Of a DNA stretch of 64,000 nucleotides, positions 1-12,009 are shown piece by piece. The notes under the pieces are model-generated. The model made no database searches. It saw only the letters and a program-made list of their open reading frames with translations, and was not told where the DNA came from. Within the stretch, counting starts at the first letter, position 1; each line of letters begins with the position of its first letter. The DNA comes from Geosiphon pyriformis uo1 (taxonomy: Eukaryota > Fungi > Glomeromycota): assembly GCA_016748015.1 (NCBI GenBank), contig JAAOMT010000512.1, positions 1,212,719 through 1,276,718 on the forward strand. Reading direction: 5' to 3'. The position numbers were made by a program, and so were the translations under genes.

Positions 1-2930
1 TGCCGCCCTCGAACAAGTTTATCTAAGCAATAGACCAGGTCTAACCGTTCCAGTTAATGAAGATTATTTATTTGAAGTTGACATTGATGATAGAGAAATA
101 TATCCTGTGAGTCCCATATTTGATCAATCTTGTGATTCAATTATCTGTTTTGAAGTGTCCCTTGATAATCAACCGTTATTTTTAAGGTATACTGGCCTGG
201 TCCAGCATATGAAGTAAGACGCGGAACATGGTTTTACCAGGGAGACGGAACCCATTTTTTACCCTGTGATGAAAACATGGCGCAACAAATTGAGACAGGA
301 TACATGTATGTATAGGAAATACATCCAATACTACATAAGATTCCTTTTTCTCATTCAATTTTTTTGGCTTCTAATAAAAGGAAACATCAACCATGGATTC
401 TTCCAGAGGAAGAAATTCCTAAAGACGCAGAATCTCCATCAGAAGCCAAAAAAAAACCAGCATCAGAAAAGAGTTGGGCTTTGTTAGGCCGATATTTATC
501 ACAGTATGTCGTTTATTCTGGCCCAACCTCCGCATGGTTATTGAGGTAGGTAAAGTCAAGATCATTTTTGTTTTAATCTCTTTTGATTGGTGAGCAATAT
601 ACCGGTAATCTTAAATCAAACTCCTTCAACTCTTTATAGTGATGATGTACCTGGCAAACTTGCAAAAACTTTTTACGCTAAGGTAACAATGGGTGTAAAT
701 CTTGGAGGGACGCGTCTTCTTCGTGGCTATTACGAAGTTGAATTATTCGAAACAAAAAGGCCTACGGATGACTTTGACCGAAAGAAAAAGGAGGACCCTG
801 AAAAAGAAAGATATAATGAACTTACGAAAGAAAAAGACACCGATTTGGATTTAGAAACAGTTGAGATTGAAGATTATGATAATCATAACGAAGAAGAGGA
901 AAGGACCATTGATCATCTGGTTTTAGTGATTCATGGGTATGAAATACCGCAGCTTAAAAACGTATCATTCAGGAAACTTTAAATAGAGGTACTAATCCAA
1001 TGATTTACCAAAAGCATAGGACAAAAATTGTGCGAAACAATGGAATCTATTAATTTCGTTCATGGTAAGTAGTTGGATGTTACATTATAATACTTTTGTC
1101 TTTTTGACCAGGCTTTTCGCTTATGTTTTCAGATCTATTTTAAAGATGTGAATGTACTTAGAAGAACAATAAAAACAATGTATTCCACCAATCCTCCCCC
1201 TGAATTGCTCTCAAGGACCGATACTTCCTCTTCACAAAAACGAAATTCGACACCCCTGGAGAAATTACCACGGAGTAATGGGATTCAAGTTTTGCCTATT
1301 CAATGGCGTCAAGAGATTAAGGTATACATATACTTCAAAATATTGAATATTTCTGAGAAATGAAATCATTAATTGAACATTTAACTTCCATTGACAAATT
1401 CTAAGTTCGGTATGGCGAATGCTGATCAAGATACTCAAACTGACCTAGGCTTGCAGGAATCAGAAGAAGGACAGACGACTTTGCTAGAGATCACGCTGGA
1501 GGGTGTTCCTACTCTCAGAATGATGATATCAGACGTATTAATGGATGGTACTTATTTCAAGCTAACTTTTCTAACAAATTTCCAAAATTTTCTTTTCACT
1601 TACAATTTTCATTATTTACTCTTTACCCAGTTTTATTATATATGACTCCTAAATATCGTGAGCAAATGGTAAATACCGTAACCAAAGAATGTAATCGAGT
1701 TTATGGTCTGTTTCTCGAACGCAATCCACGATTTTTGGAAATTGGTGGAAAAGTCTCCATTTATGGCCATTCTTTGGGATCTGTTTTAGCATTTGATATT
1801 CTGTGTCATCAGCCACCACTACTGCCGTCTACACCTGGGATTTTCGATGAAAGAAATAACCCAGAGTTACAAAAAATTCAAGAACGATTGATAAATCTTG
1901 AGTTTCCTGTTGCCAACTTTTTTGCCGTTGGTTCACCTATAGGCCTCTTTCTTATGTTGAAAGGCTTAAAGATAGGTTCAAGAGGAGGTCAACTCAAAAA
2001 TAAATTTAAAGAAGTGATTGCAGGAATTGCATCTGATGAGGGTATTGAAATACCTGGGCTCTTATCTCAATCTTCAGTACCTCTTTGTTATCCTGCTGTT
2101 CGGAATTTATATAACATATTTCACAGGGCAGGTATGGTTTCAACCAAGTATTGTTGACTTGCTTTTTTAAGTTCCTTCAATAAATTCTGATATTTAAATT
2201 CTCGTAACATTTTCTAGATCCAATTGCATACCGACTAGGTATGTATTCATGTTGCAATACTCTTGGGCTATTCACTCATTTTCTCAAACTTTGCAGAGCC
2301 ACTTGTCGCCCGTCATTACGGTTCTTCTTTAAAACCAGCACTAATTCCCTACCATAAAGGTGGTCTGAAGGCTGTACACCTCGGTATTCAAGAATTTGGG
2401 AGTGGTATTGCTAATAAAGCAAACAATATGTTTTCAAGCGTAAAAAATTCACTTTTCTCTTTTGGGAGTAAATCAAAAACATTGCCATCACAAAATTCGA
2501 GATCAGTTGTAGAGGGGGAATACCCACCAGCTGGGGGTTCGTTTTATCAACACACAAATTCCTTTTCGGAAAGGGAAAAGGAAGATCCAGATGGTGCTGC
2601 GAAATTGAGAAGCTTAAATATCACGGGAAGAATAGATTACTGTCTACAGGTGACACTTCAATTCATTTATCCTTATGAAATTCAATCGATGAATTATAAC
2701 ATTATGGTATTCTATAGGAAGGAATTCTTGATCTGAGTTATTTAAATGCCATCACAGTTCATCTTAGCTACTGGTCCGATTGCGATGCAGCATTTTTTAT
2801 TTTGAGGGAGTGTTATCGAGAGATGGAGGATGAAGAGGAAGAATCTCTCCGCTCTCGGGCTTTTAATTTATATAATCTTCGTGATAGAACCCCATCTCCC
2901 GATTCACTTCAGCCTTCTACACCCAACTAA
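1..2930 (+). CDS. DDHD-domain phospholipase A1 (PA-PLA1/Ddl1-like), multi-exon, 5' end outside window
   Basis: Spliced ORF pieces give VRRGTWF, HLVLVIHG, lipase motif YGHSLG, and DDHD elements NFFAVGSPIG, NIFHRADPIAYRLEP, RIDYCLQ, VHLSYW. GT-AG introns; stop TAA 2928-2930. Confidence 0.9.
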
Positions 2931-2996
2931 GATTTTGGGAAATTTTTATACATGTGGTTTCAAATTTTGCCAGTTCTGAATTTGATTTTTTTTACT

Positions 2997-4337
2997 CTTC
3001 TCGGCTTCACGAGAAGTATTTTTTAAATATTAAGTTTTTCCTTTCGAAATTATTTTCTGGAGTTTGTTTTAAAATCAAAAAATCTCTATTTTGACTGTAT
3101 TGATGTGCGAGTGATCCTAGTAAGTTTAACCAATGATAAAGCTCTTGACTCCTGACCAAAAATTGGCGTCAAAAGAATTCCTTTAAGCATATCAGGATTC
3201 AAGTCCATGTGTAAGGACAGGTTTCTGTCGTAGGTACATGTTTTAGCAGCAACTTCAGAAAATTCAAGATTTTCCTAAAGTTGGTCGCTGATCCGGATTC
3301 TCATCATAATTATGTATTAATATTGTGCCTTCAAGTTCAAAACATTGTGAAATTGAGATATGAGTTGCTGGATTATTCCTTTGAAACTTCAAATTAGTAT
3401 TTGTAGAATCTGAACTTTTATTCATCGATAGCATCATGAAACTTTAACGATCTCAAAAGTTTAAGTTCATCAAACCAGCAGCTAGAACAAAGATTGAGAC
3501 CACGATCCCAATTGCAATTAGATGAATCTCGACTTACCTTATCACATGTAGCACAAGATCCAAGATCCATAATCTAGACATCATGAATGAAGGATTGTTC
3601 GCATACTGGATAGAATTGAACCTAAATGTTCAAAAGAGATTACGGTCGACTCGACAATGCATTTTAATCATTTGTTTCGATCGAGACAAGTCACAAGAAT
3701 AATAGATGCGTAACGTGCAACGATCTTGTCTCGATTTTCCTTGGGTATATGAAAGAGCATTAATCAAAAAACGCGGAGCTCAATATTTCCTGAAAGGATT
3801 TATTGAACCAGCATTTTTGATAAATGACAAGTCACCCTATGATGCCTTTTTTTCAGGGAAGAATCACGAGAAGCATTGCAAAAAAAGGCAAAGGTCCGTG
3901 ATACCAATTGTCAAACGTTGCCCTTCTCACGTGCATCACCTAATTAGCAATAGTTACTATGGATTGATATCACAAACTCGGACGGAATAGGATATTCGCA
4001 GCATCGTTAATGCCTAGAATAACATTCCCGAATTTCCAACATCACCCCCAAAAGGCCAATTATCAATTCGGGGGTCATCAAAGACACGCAGACTGCAAAT
4101 AACATACAACAATCATTAAGATATCGCGGCAGATGTCCGAAAGCGGAACTAAGATATCTGCCGGGATGTCCTTTTGCGAAGATCAAGCGCTCCCCAGGCG
4201 AAATAGGGAGCAACATGAGAGGACGCGGTTATCAAGGCAAGCCGGGGTGCCCTTCGTAGTAGAAGGTCATCCGAATGCCCCGATAATCAGATTAATTCTA
4301 AGCGAAACTTACTAATGCGTTTATTTTGTTGTAAGTT
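2997..4337 (+). ncRNA. Candidate long structured non-coding RNA (or structured 3' UTR), class unassigned
   Basis: Dense nested inverted repeats, e.g. 2997-3003/3010-3016, 3144-3155/3192-3203, 3363-3371/3475-3483, 3680-3690/3725-3735, 3843-3853/3880-3890, 4127-4137/4153-4163, 4164-4181/4252-4272. Imperfections are mostly G-U on the + strand; no credible ORF. Confidence 0.5.
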
Positions 4338-4669
4338 AATATGTAGTCAACAAACTAAGGAACAAAAACCCACAGATTTTTAAATTAAAATAAAATAGTA
4401 ATAAATGAAAAGCGGTGATGGGTAAAAAATAATAAACACCGCTTTTCAAATAATTTGTAGAGAAAAGTAATGCAAGCGGGAGTAAAAACATGAGTTCTTA
4501 TAAGATAAATAAACATGTAAATGCTAATAATGTTGAGAAGATTTTGTTTGATAAGAAAAAGGTGAAAATTTTGTATCTATCAAATTTCCACCTTTTTTCT
4601 ACACTTATTCTCGTGTAGCAAATTGACCGCTTTCTATGGTCAACCAAGTCTTCACAACAATATAATAGC

Positions 4670-6397
4670 TCATATACTCCCATTTACACTTTGACCAAGT
4701 TCATTGGAGCCTTCTGTATACCATTTCCAGGCCATTTCAGATACATCTTCTTTGGCATCGGCTTTTCTAGCACATGCTTTGCTTCCTTGGAAATGTTTAT
4801 GGTGGATTATTACTTCACCTATAAATCCCCCATAAACGTTGGTATAGCTATAGACAGGTGGTTGCCATTTTTTGGCTTGGGCAAGTTCGTGGAGGCGACT
4901 AACATACCTTTTATAGTCAGTATGTAAAGAGGGGACAGAAATCGCCGGTGTAACATTATAGGCTGCTGGATTGATATACGGATGATGGTAATGAGCATAA
5001 GGGGTGTAGAGATTATTGTTGTTCACAGCTGGGACAGGGGGCGCAGGTGGTGCGGGTGGTGTAAAAATCATTTGCATGAAATTAGGATTGGGCTGTAGAG
5101 GAAAGTTTACTTGATTAAACCTCTCGATTATCTCACTTTTAGGCGGAGGCCCAAGTTCGTTTGCGATAACAGTAGGGTGAAACAGAGGATCATGACCATT
5201 AATTTTCGTATCGCTTGTTTGGGAATTGATGTTGGGATGTTGGCTAACAAGTGAAAAGGGAATCTGGGATGATTCAGTCTTGATTTTGGACGAATCGATG
5301 ATAGAATGGGGGGGAGTATGAGGCATAATTGGATATTTCATATGAGTTCTTTCATTTTGTATTATTGGAATATCAGGGACTAACGCTATTTCTGAGTTCC
5401 TTGCAAATTCCCCCCCTATGTGGCTTCGCTCGATATCCAGTTGTTCTCTGTAGATTTGATCGAAAGCAATTTGAGCCGTGTGATCTTTAGCGTCGTTTTT
5501 GCTCACAAAAGCTAAAGTTGGACGAAAGGTACGATCGCCAATCTTTATAGAGAACATGGTTCTATTAGGATCCATATCTTGAATATAGATTGGACGATCC
5601 AAGTGATGGAACTGGCAAAACTCTAGTAAAAGTACAGATGGCCGTTTTAAGGGTTGCCCAGGCTCTCGATGTTTGTTAAGCCAACTTAATGATTTAGGGA
5701 TTCCATCATCAGTTACATATGTTTTAAGTTTACGTCGATTCTGACGGTTAAAACTGGACTGGGTTCGCTTGGCTGTTGATCTCGCTGCCTTGTCCAATTC
5801 TTTGCGAACCTCCTCTACCAAACCAGGCATTTGTTCTATCATATGGTTTACGGCAAGTCCAGCAACCTCCTCTTTAGCCTCCTGCTTCTTCGCACAAATG
5901 ACTTGAGTTTGGAAGGTTCTACCAAATACTTCAAGGGTAGAGTAAAAACCTCCGTTCGGAGTTGCCATAGTAAAGTCATACTTTGGGGGAGTAGAAGATT
6001 TTAATTTTTGTTGTAAAGTATTCAGGATTGATATTGGGTTGATCTCTCGATTTGAATCGAATTGTTGCGTATGCATCCCCAACGCAACGTTGCCATCGGC
6101 CGTCAACTGTGGTACTCCATTGTTCTGAGCTCCGTTAAGAAAGCTAGTAGACATCATACCTGGATTGGTTAATGATGCACTCCCGTGAGAAATGGGAGCC
6201 CTGACATCCTGAGGAACTACAGAAAAAAGTGGAACACCACCAAGTTGTCGCAACGAATGGTCGACCGAAGACGATGAGGCCATGTTTGATAAATTAAACC
6301 CGTTAGAGACACCAGTGGGGAAAGTGTGAGAATTTATAGGAATAAAGCGTCTTCCGCGGACAATATTTGAACCTCTCCCTCTTGCTGTTTTAACCAT
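4670..6397 (-). CDS. Intronless protein with three double-stranded RNA-binding motifs (dsRBM)
   Basis: Three dsRBM-like repeats (NPISILNTLQQK..AKKQEAKEEVAGLAV; RPSVLLLEFCQ..SKNDAKDHTAQIAF; YVSRLHELAQAKKWQPPVY..RKADAKEDVSEMAW) with low-complexity linkers. Likely start is ATG at 6397 (MVKTARGRG). Confidence 0.85.
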   Translation of the reverse strand: MVKTARGRGSNIVRGRRFIPINSHTFPTGVSNGFNLSNMASSSSVDHSLRQLGGVPLFSVVPQDVRAPISHGSASLTNPGMMSTSFLNGAQNNGVPQLTADGNVALGMHTQQFDSNREINPISILNTLQQKLKSSTPPKYDFTMATPNGGFYSTLEVFGRTFQTQVICAKKQEAKEEVAGLAVNHMIEQMPGLVEEVRKELDKAARSTAKRTQSSFNRQNRRKLKTYVTDDGIPKSLSWLNKHREPGQPLKRPSVLLLEFCQFHHLDRPIYIQDMDPNRTMFSIKIGDRTFRPTLAFVSKNDAKDHTAQIAFDQIYREQLDIERSHIGGEFARNSEIALVPDIPIIQNERTHMKYPIMPHTPPHSIIDSSKIKTESSQIPFSLVSQHPNINSQTSDTKINGHDPLFHPTVIANELGPPPKSEIIERFNQVNFPLQPNPNFMQMIFTPPAPPAPPVPAVNNNNLYTPYAHYHHPYINPAAYNVTPAISVPSLHTDYKRYVSRLHELAQAKKWQPPVYSYTNVYGGFIGEVIIHHKHFQGSKACARKADAKEDVSEMAWKWYTEGSNELGQSVNGSI

Positions 6398-6859
6398 CTT
6401 TTTATTATTGTTGAAATGTAAATTCAAATTCTGGTTAGGCAACGAGGCACAGAAAAAATTTATCATAGTACAATAAGCCAGCAACTAGCAATTCTAGTGT
6501 AATTAGATACTAGGCTAACTAGTCTTTTTTTGAGAAGAATTTGTGATGTCAATAACAGCTTTAATAACTCCATATTTGGTGGCTTTCTCAGATCAGTTTC
6601 TATGCATTTTGTTGCAGGAAGCATTCAAAAATGGGGATCAAACAGCATCAACGCTGAAAAATCTGAATTCAATAAAAATAAATCAATGTTCACCCGACTG
6701 AATATTTTACCCACAATAATTGTATATAATTTTCACACTTAAAGATATATCCGCACAAACATGGATCTGTGGAAAAAATAATTTGTTGAGCGTTAGTAAT
6801 TATTATTATTTCAAATATAACACGATGGATAAATTTTCACAATTATCAAATATTCAGTT

Positions 6860-9800
6860 TCATTCATCTTCATCTTCAAATTCGAATTCTCTATCTCTAT
6901 GGCCTGGGGTAATTTTAATATCATCCAAAGTTTGAGAATTTTCGAGGGCCGGCGTGGCCATTGCGAAACGTCCCGAATCAGAACGAGATCCTAGGCCGAA
7001 ACGAGGACTCAAATTAGATTCGGAACTCAAAGCAGATTGAGGACTAACAGGTTCATTAGGTTGATTTTGGTATATTGGAGAACCATCACTAGCAACTTGA
7101 AGTCGTCTATTTCGACCAAGACCCTGAGAATTTGTTGGTCGAGACGGTCGTCGGGTAGCTTCTCGTCGGGCAAGTGTAGGGGACGTTGAATAATCTTCCC
7201 CATCAGGATTTGGTCGAGGTCCCATTGGACGATTTATTGATATTGAAGTGTTTATAGTTAGAGGGAACCTTGTATTGGAAGTTGAAGATGAATTCGATCG
7301 AGTAGATTGAGAATTTTCAGAAGTGTTTTGGTCTACCATAGATTGAGGATTAGGTGACCCCAAAGAAATCTGGTGAACAAAAGGAGATTTTTGTTGTGCG
7401 AAAGATGTTTCCTGTGTTAGCATCGGGTTTAATTTTGAAAGTTCTTGGATATCTGGCGTTAAATTAATCGGTTGTGTGGAATTTTCAGAAGTTTGGGCAG
7501 GCACTTGATCAACTACCGAGTCATTTTGATTTGACGGGGAGTTAGTCTCTTCACTGAATTGCTCAATTTTAGAGGAGGTAACCAATTTTGTAGCGTCAAT
7601 CTTTTCTTCGGCATTATCTCTAGCTATTTCGACTTTTTGATTGGGGTTAAGGGACTTATCTTCCAGATCATTAACAATTTCGTCTTTGTCTAATAGGTTT
7701 TCCTTAATTTCTATTGGCGAAGCTATACCATTTTTCAAAGAAGAAGCCATCAAACTATCCCTATGTCGGCTAGAACGATTTGATTGATGAAGGGATTTGA
7801 TTGATTTTATAGGATCTCGATTGTTGGATCCACGCCTCAAAACTTCTGCTACAATACTTGATGTAGTATCTCGATGCTTAAAAATTGTTTCGTAATGAAG
7901 AAGAAGATCTTTCATCAATCTTTGCGGATGTCTGTCTGATAGTGTTAAAGCGGTTTCGTATTGAGGGCGTAAAAGAATAGGTCCATATATCTGAGTAAGT
8001 GCCGTTAAGAAATCATCTCCATCTGATTCAACCAAACTGAAGTAAAGAAAATATGGCCACATTTTCAACAGTATTATATCACACTCGACGATAAAGATGA
8101 ATTAATGAAGATACAAACCTATGAAGACATGATATGAAAGCATCAAGTGTATGCAGACTCCCTTCAGGCAATGAGGTTACAATAAGATTCCCAATTGATG
8201 CACGCCGAGTAATTTCTTCATGTTCTTCGAGATCTATCCAAAGTAATTGAAACAGATATGGAATAAATGCTTTTGCAAATTAAAAGTCTTAATGAAATTC
8301 AACTTACTCGTCGAATATAACAATTTAACGGGATCATACAGTTCAAAAGTGAGCAAGCACTCTGGAAGTTCCATAAAGTAAAGCTTCAATATACCGACCA
8401 CAATTGTAAGTTCGTATTTACGTAATTTCTGCATTCTTACTTTGCTACCTGAATTTATATAAAGAAATGTCAGAATACCACTCTTGTTTAGTCAATTGAA
8501 AGATAATTGGAAAACTTTAATGTATATAACGGATTTACCGTCATTTATATCCTCACGAAGTGCATGTATCAGGGAAAGAGGAGTATATACCAGCCATAAA
8601 CTCCTTTTTTCTTTGTTAATGATTATTTGATAATTGAATATATTTTAGTTTAACTCAAAGGCATACTTTAATAGGGATTTTTTTTACCAGTATCGTTCCA
8701 TTTTGCGGTTCCTTAAAGAAAACCAAAAAATTTTAATTTCTGATGTAAAATTACTATTCGATCATAAAAAGATTCAAACCTTTAACTATCGAACTCAAGC
8801 ATTTCGTTACAATTTGAGGCACAAATTTTAAATCGTGTTTTGCCTTCTCTTCAAGTGGTACCCCAAAAGTTTGATCTATTAAATTTGTAAAAAATATTTG
8901 TATATGTATTCAAATATAAAATGATTAAAAATAAAATAACAAACCATGGGCACTTCCACGATATACATTATTATATATAATAACCCGAGGACAAAAAGGA
9001 CCAGTGCGATACCGCTCAATCATAAACTGAAGGTCTGTCTCAGGTCTCAGAGCTTCTTGATAGATGACTAATCGTTCAGAAATGGATTGGATTGCAAAGA
9101 TCACACTGTTGAAACTACCCACAAAATTCGAAAAAGCTTAAAAAAAAAATAATGATATTTATTTTTCCATTATCTGAGAATAACTTTTAACCAAAAATTC
9201 CCTTTTTACCTGATTTAGTCGCTGTAAGCCGCTCAAGCTCGGCACGTTCAAGGAAGTTCATATGATCAATCTAGATTCAACAAATCGGAGCGAGCTTGTT
9301 AAATCAGGAGCCCTAAATATGGGCAGCGAGGTAATGAGAATATTATCATCATTTTCTTTTTAGATGGATCACGTACTAAACGCTCTTCGAGAGCGAGGCG
9401 AGTCCTATCAACTTTTCTGACTGCATGTCGATATGCTTCATCGGCTTCGTCAGCTTCCTTTCGAGCACGCTTTGCAAATGGCTCATCTTCATTGAAGGAT
9501 ACCAATTTTCCCCAATTCACTGATGTTTCCTCTATATATCTGAGATCGTAAGCTTTTTTTTGCCATTGATAATAAGATGATGAGCTCGAGCTAAAAGTAT
9601 TGCCGATTGCCCCAATTAGCCGTAAAAATCCTTCATCAGCTAATTCTTGTCCAAAATTTTGGGCTTCACGCGATGTACGTACTCCACGATAATTTTTTAA
9701 TAACCATTTCGTAATATCTTCCCCGGTATAAACCTCATTATAAAGACCAAGAATAGGTATTCTCACTTCTCGAGGTTGAAGATCTGCTCGCATACGGGCG

Positions 9801-10489
9801 AGAAATTTCATTAGTTCTTTCTCAGTAAATGTTTGCCCGCCAAGTACTATTACTATGATTCCTAAGGCATCACTTGATTTTTGCTTTTCATGTTCTTTTA
9901 ATCGTGCTTCTCGATCAGCTTCCAATTCAGCTTCATCAGCTATCTGACATTTAGTCACGTAATTTAGCCGAAACTTTTCTGCATCATTGAGTATCCGTTC
10001 GAATGATTTTAATTTATTGGTAATTTTTTCCTTGCTAGCTCGCAGGTGGATTTGGTGATCTTCTGTATGTCTCATCATTGGTTGCAATACCAATTCAGTA
10101 AGATTACTAGCCAATTGCAAGTGTGTGTGGCCTAAAACTTCGCATTCCTGCTTCATTGATTCAAATGAGCGTTTTAAAGATGCCCCATCATCAAGTGAAA
10201 AACCATCAGGTCTTGATTTCATTTTAGCAAGTTCACAAAGCTTTTTTCCGTATAATTCTTCAATCGCGATCCTTTCCTATTTACAAGGATTTTTAACGTT
10301 ACGCTGACCAAAAAGTAAAAAAATTAAATTTATTGGTAGTTAAAATGAAAGCCTAACCCTAAAAAAGGCCACAACTTCTTCGTTTTCAAATCTCCCTTGT
10401 TCTAACTTATCATAGAGAGCATAGGCACCAGGTCCATAGTTAGGACTAGTCCAAAACGAATTCTCAAATTTCAAAGTGCCCATTTTCAT
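6860..10489 (-). CDS. F-BAR/DEP/RhoGAP protein (Rgd2/Rga8-like), multi-exon
   Basis: N-terminal FCH motif (FENSFWT), DEP domain (YTGEDITKWL..AQNFGQELADEGFLRLIG), RhoGAP motifs (VVGILKLYFMELPECLLTFELYD, IYGPILLRP), S/P-rich tail. Start at 10489 or 10483. Confidence 0.88.
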
Positions 10490-11241
10490 TTTAAGCCCGT
10501 TTCTTTTTATTCTGTTAAATTATAGTTAACTAAAAACACCCGTAAAAATGCGGTCAGCTGTCTGAAAAATTGACAATCAATTTCAAAATCCATATTTTGA
10601 ATCTCAAGACTTATTCTGAGCCCCCTCGTGATCAACCCAGATATAATTGTTTCCCTTTTTGGCACCTGGTTAAATGTTGATTTTTATCTTTTTATCGCAG
10701 ACGTGAGTTTTTATTGTGGGGAAAAGTTGATCATTTTTCATACTCGCCTTTTCTGGCAAGCCAACATATTTCGCTGTGATGCCAGCAGTTTTAGAGAAGA
10801 CGACCTAGGATAATGATATCAATGGACTGTAAATGATGCAAGGAAGGATTATGATGATCACATAATAATGCCACCATTTTCTAAGCTGAGTATTACTTGG
10901 AAAAAATTAACATTCAATCACTCAGAAAGTGAAAGCTTTTTTTTTGAAGAGAATTTTTCAAAGACAATAGAGTGCTTTCAGGAAATATAACTTTAAATTT
11001 GATTTCCACTAAATCTTTGGATTTGTGTTCAAATTAATATTTCAAAATATTTCTCTCAACTCGAGAAGCTCAATTATTAAGGAATAATTATCTAGCTGAT
11101 TGACAGCAATTTGTAAACTTATCGATCCTAGGCAAAGTGAGCTCAGGAATCAGGGTATTTGACAAGATAAATAACGATTTTTAACCAAGAAGACTGCCTA
11201 ATATAATTGAAGGAGGATGTCCATCATACTAACTATTATTA

Positions 11242-11893
11242 TCATTTTTTATCTTTGCTAACTGCTCCAGCCTTAGTCTTCTTAGTGCCACGTAATTTCT
11301 TGGCACGATTTTTTCGTTCCTTACGCTGTTTGCGCGCAGTCTTTTCGGCTTCGGCGAGACCATGCTAATTTTATATTAATTTTGGTGAGATTAGTATCAA
11401 GATGGGGAAAAAGACTCGGATGAAGACTTTCAAACCCAATTAATATAAATAAAAAATCGATCCTCAGAGCACTACTTACTCTCACAAGCCTATATTTGGG
11501 CTCAAACTTTTTTGCTGCTTCCAAATTATCATATATTAATCCAAAGCCTGTCGACCGACCACCACCAAACGCTGTACGAAAGCCAAATACAAAAATGACC
11601 TCTTTCTCAACCTTGTACATTTTAGCGAGCTTATCTCGAAGTTCATCTTTCGAGACGTTTGCACGGTTCGGATGTAAAATATCGACGATAAATTGTTTTC
11701 TTTGAAGGAGACGGTTAGTTAGGAATTTTCTTGTTCGGATCGTGGCTGCTGCTAAGTCGGCCTATTATGAGTTCAAAAAAGAGTAAAACATTTGTTTGAT
11801 GAGGTCCAACTTGCTGCGAATAATCCTTATGAATCAAATCATCCATCCCCCACTTCAATGAAGTCAGGCAAATATATCTTTTCTGCTAACCAT
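11242..11893 (-). CDS. RPS24: 40S ribosomal protein S24 (eS24), 3 exons: 11893-11891, 11761-11480, 11364-11242
   Basis: Spliced translation [63 protein letters not shown]; canonical GT-AG introns. Confidence 0.96.
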
Positions 11894-12009
11894 TTTATAG
11901 ATGCCTTCTGTTCGATATTTCGTAATGAAAGTGAGCCAGAAAAGTTATACAAATTCAAATTTTTAACTATATAAGATAATCTTTTTGTCTGTCATGTGAC
12001 CAGGTCAAT

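Noticed and set aside
3706-4315. Short ORFs 3706-3990, 4007-4216 and 4133-4315
   Set aside because: No recognisable domains or splice structure; better explained as chance ORFs in a GC-richer structured region.
4085-4350. Resemblances to U2 snRNA (CCTTTTG..AAGATCAAG, GTAGTA), SRP helix 8 (CAGG..GAGCA), group I intron P7 and RNase P/MRP motifs
   Set aside because: Each match is partial, with wrong spacing or missing partner elements; none supports a class assignment by eye.
10353-10362. CTAACCCTAA, resembling a telomerase template or telomere seed
   Set aside because: It is the reverse complement of the RhoGAP first exon/intron junction; single occurrence.
10813-10890. Box C/D snoRNA-like motifs (ATGATGA..CTGA)
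   Set aside because: The boxes are only ~40 nt apart, with no terminal stem and no recognisable guide target.
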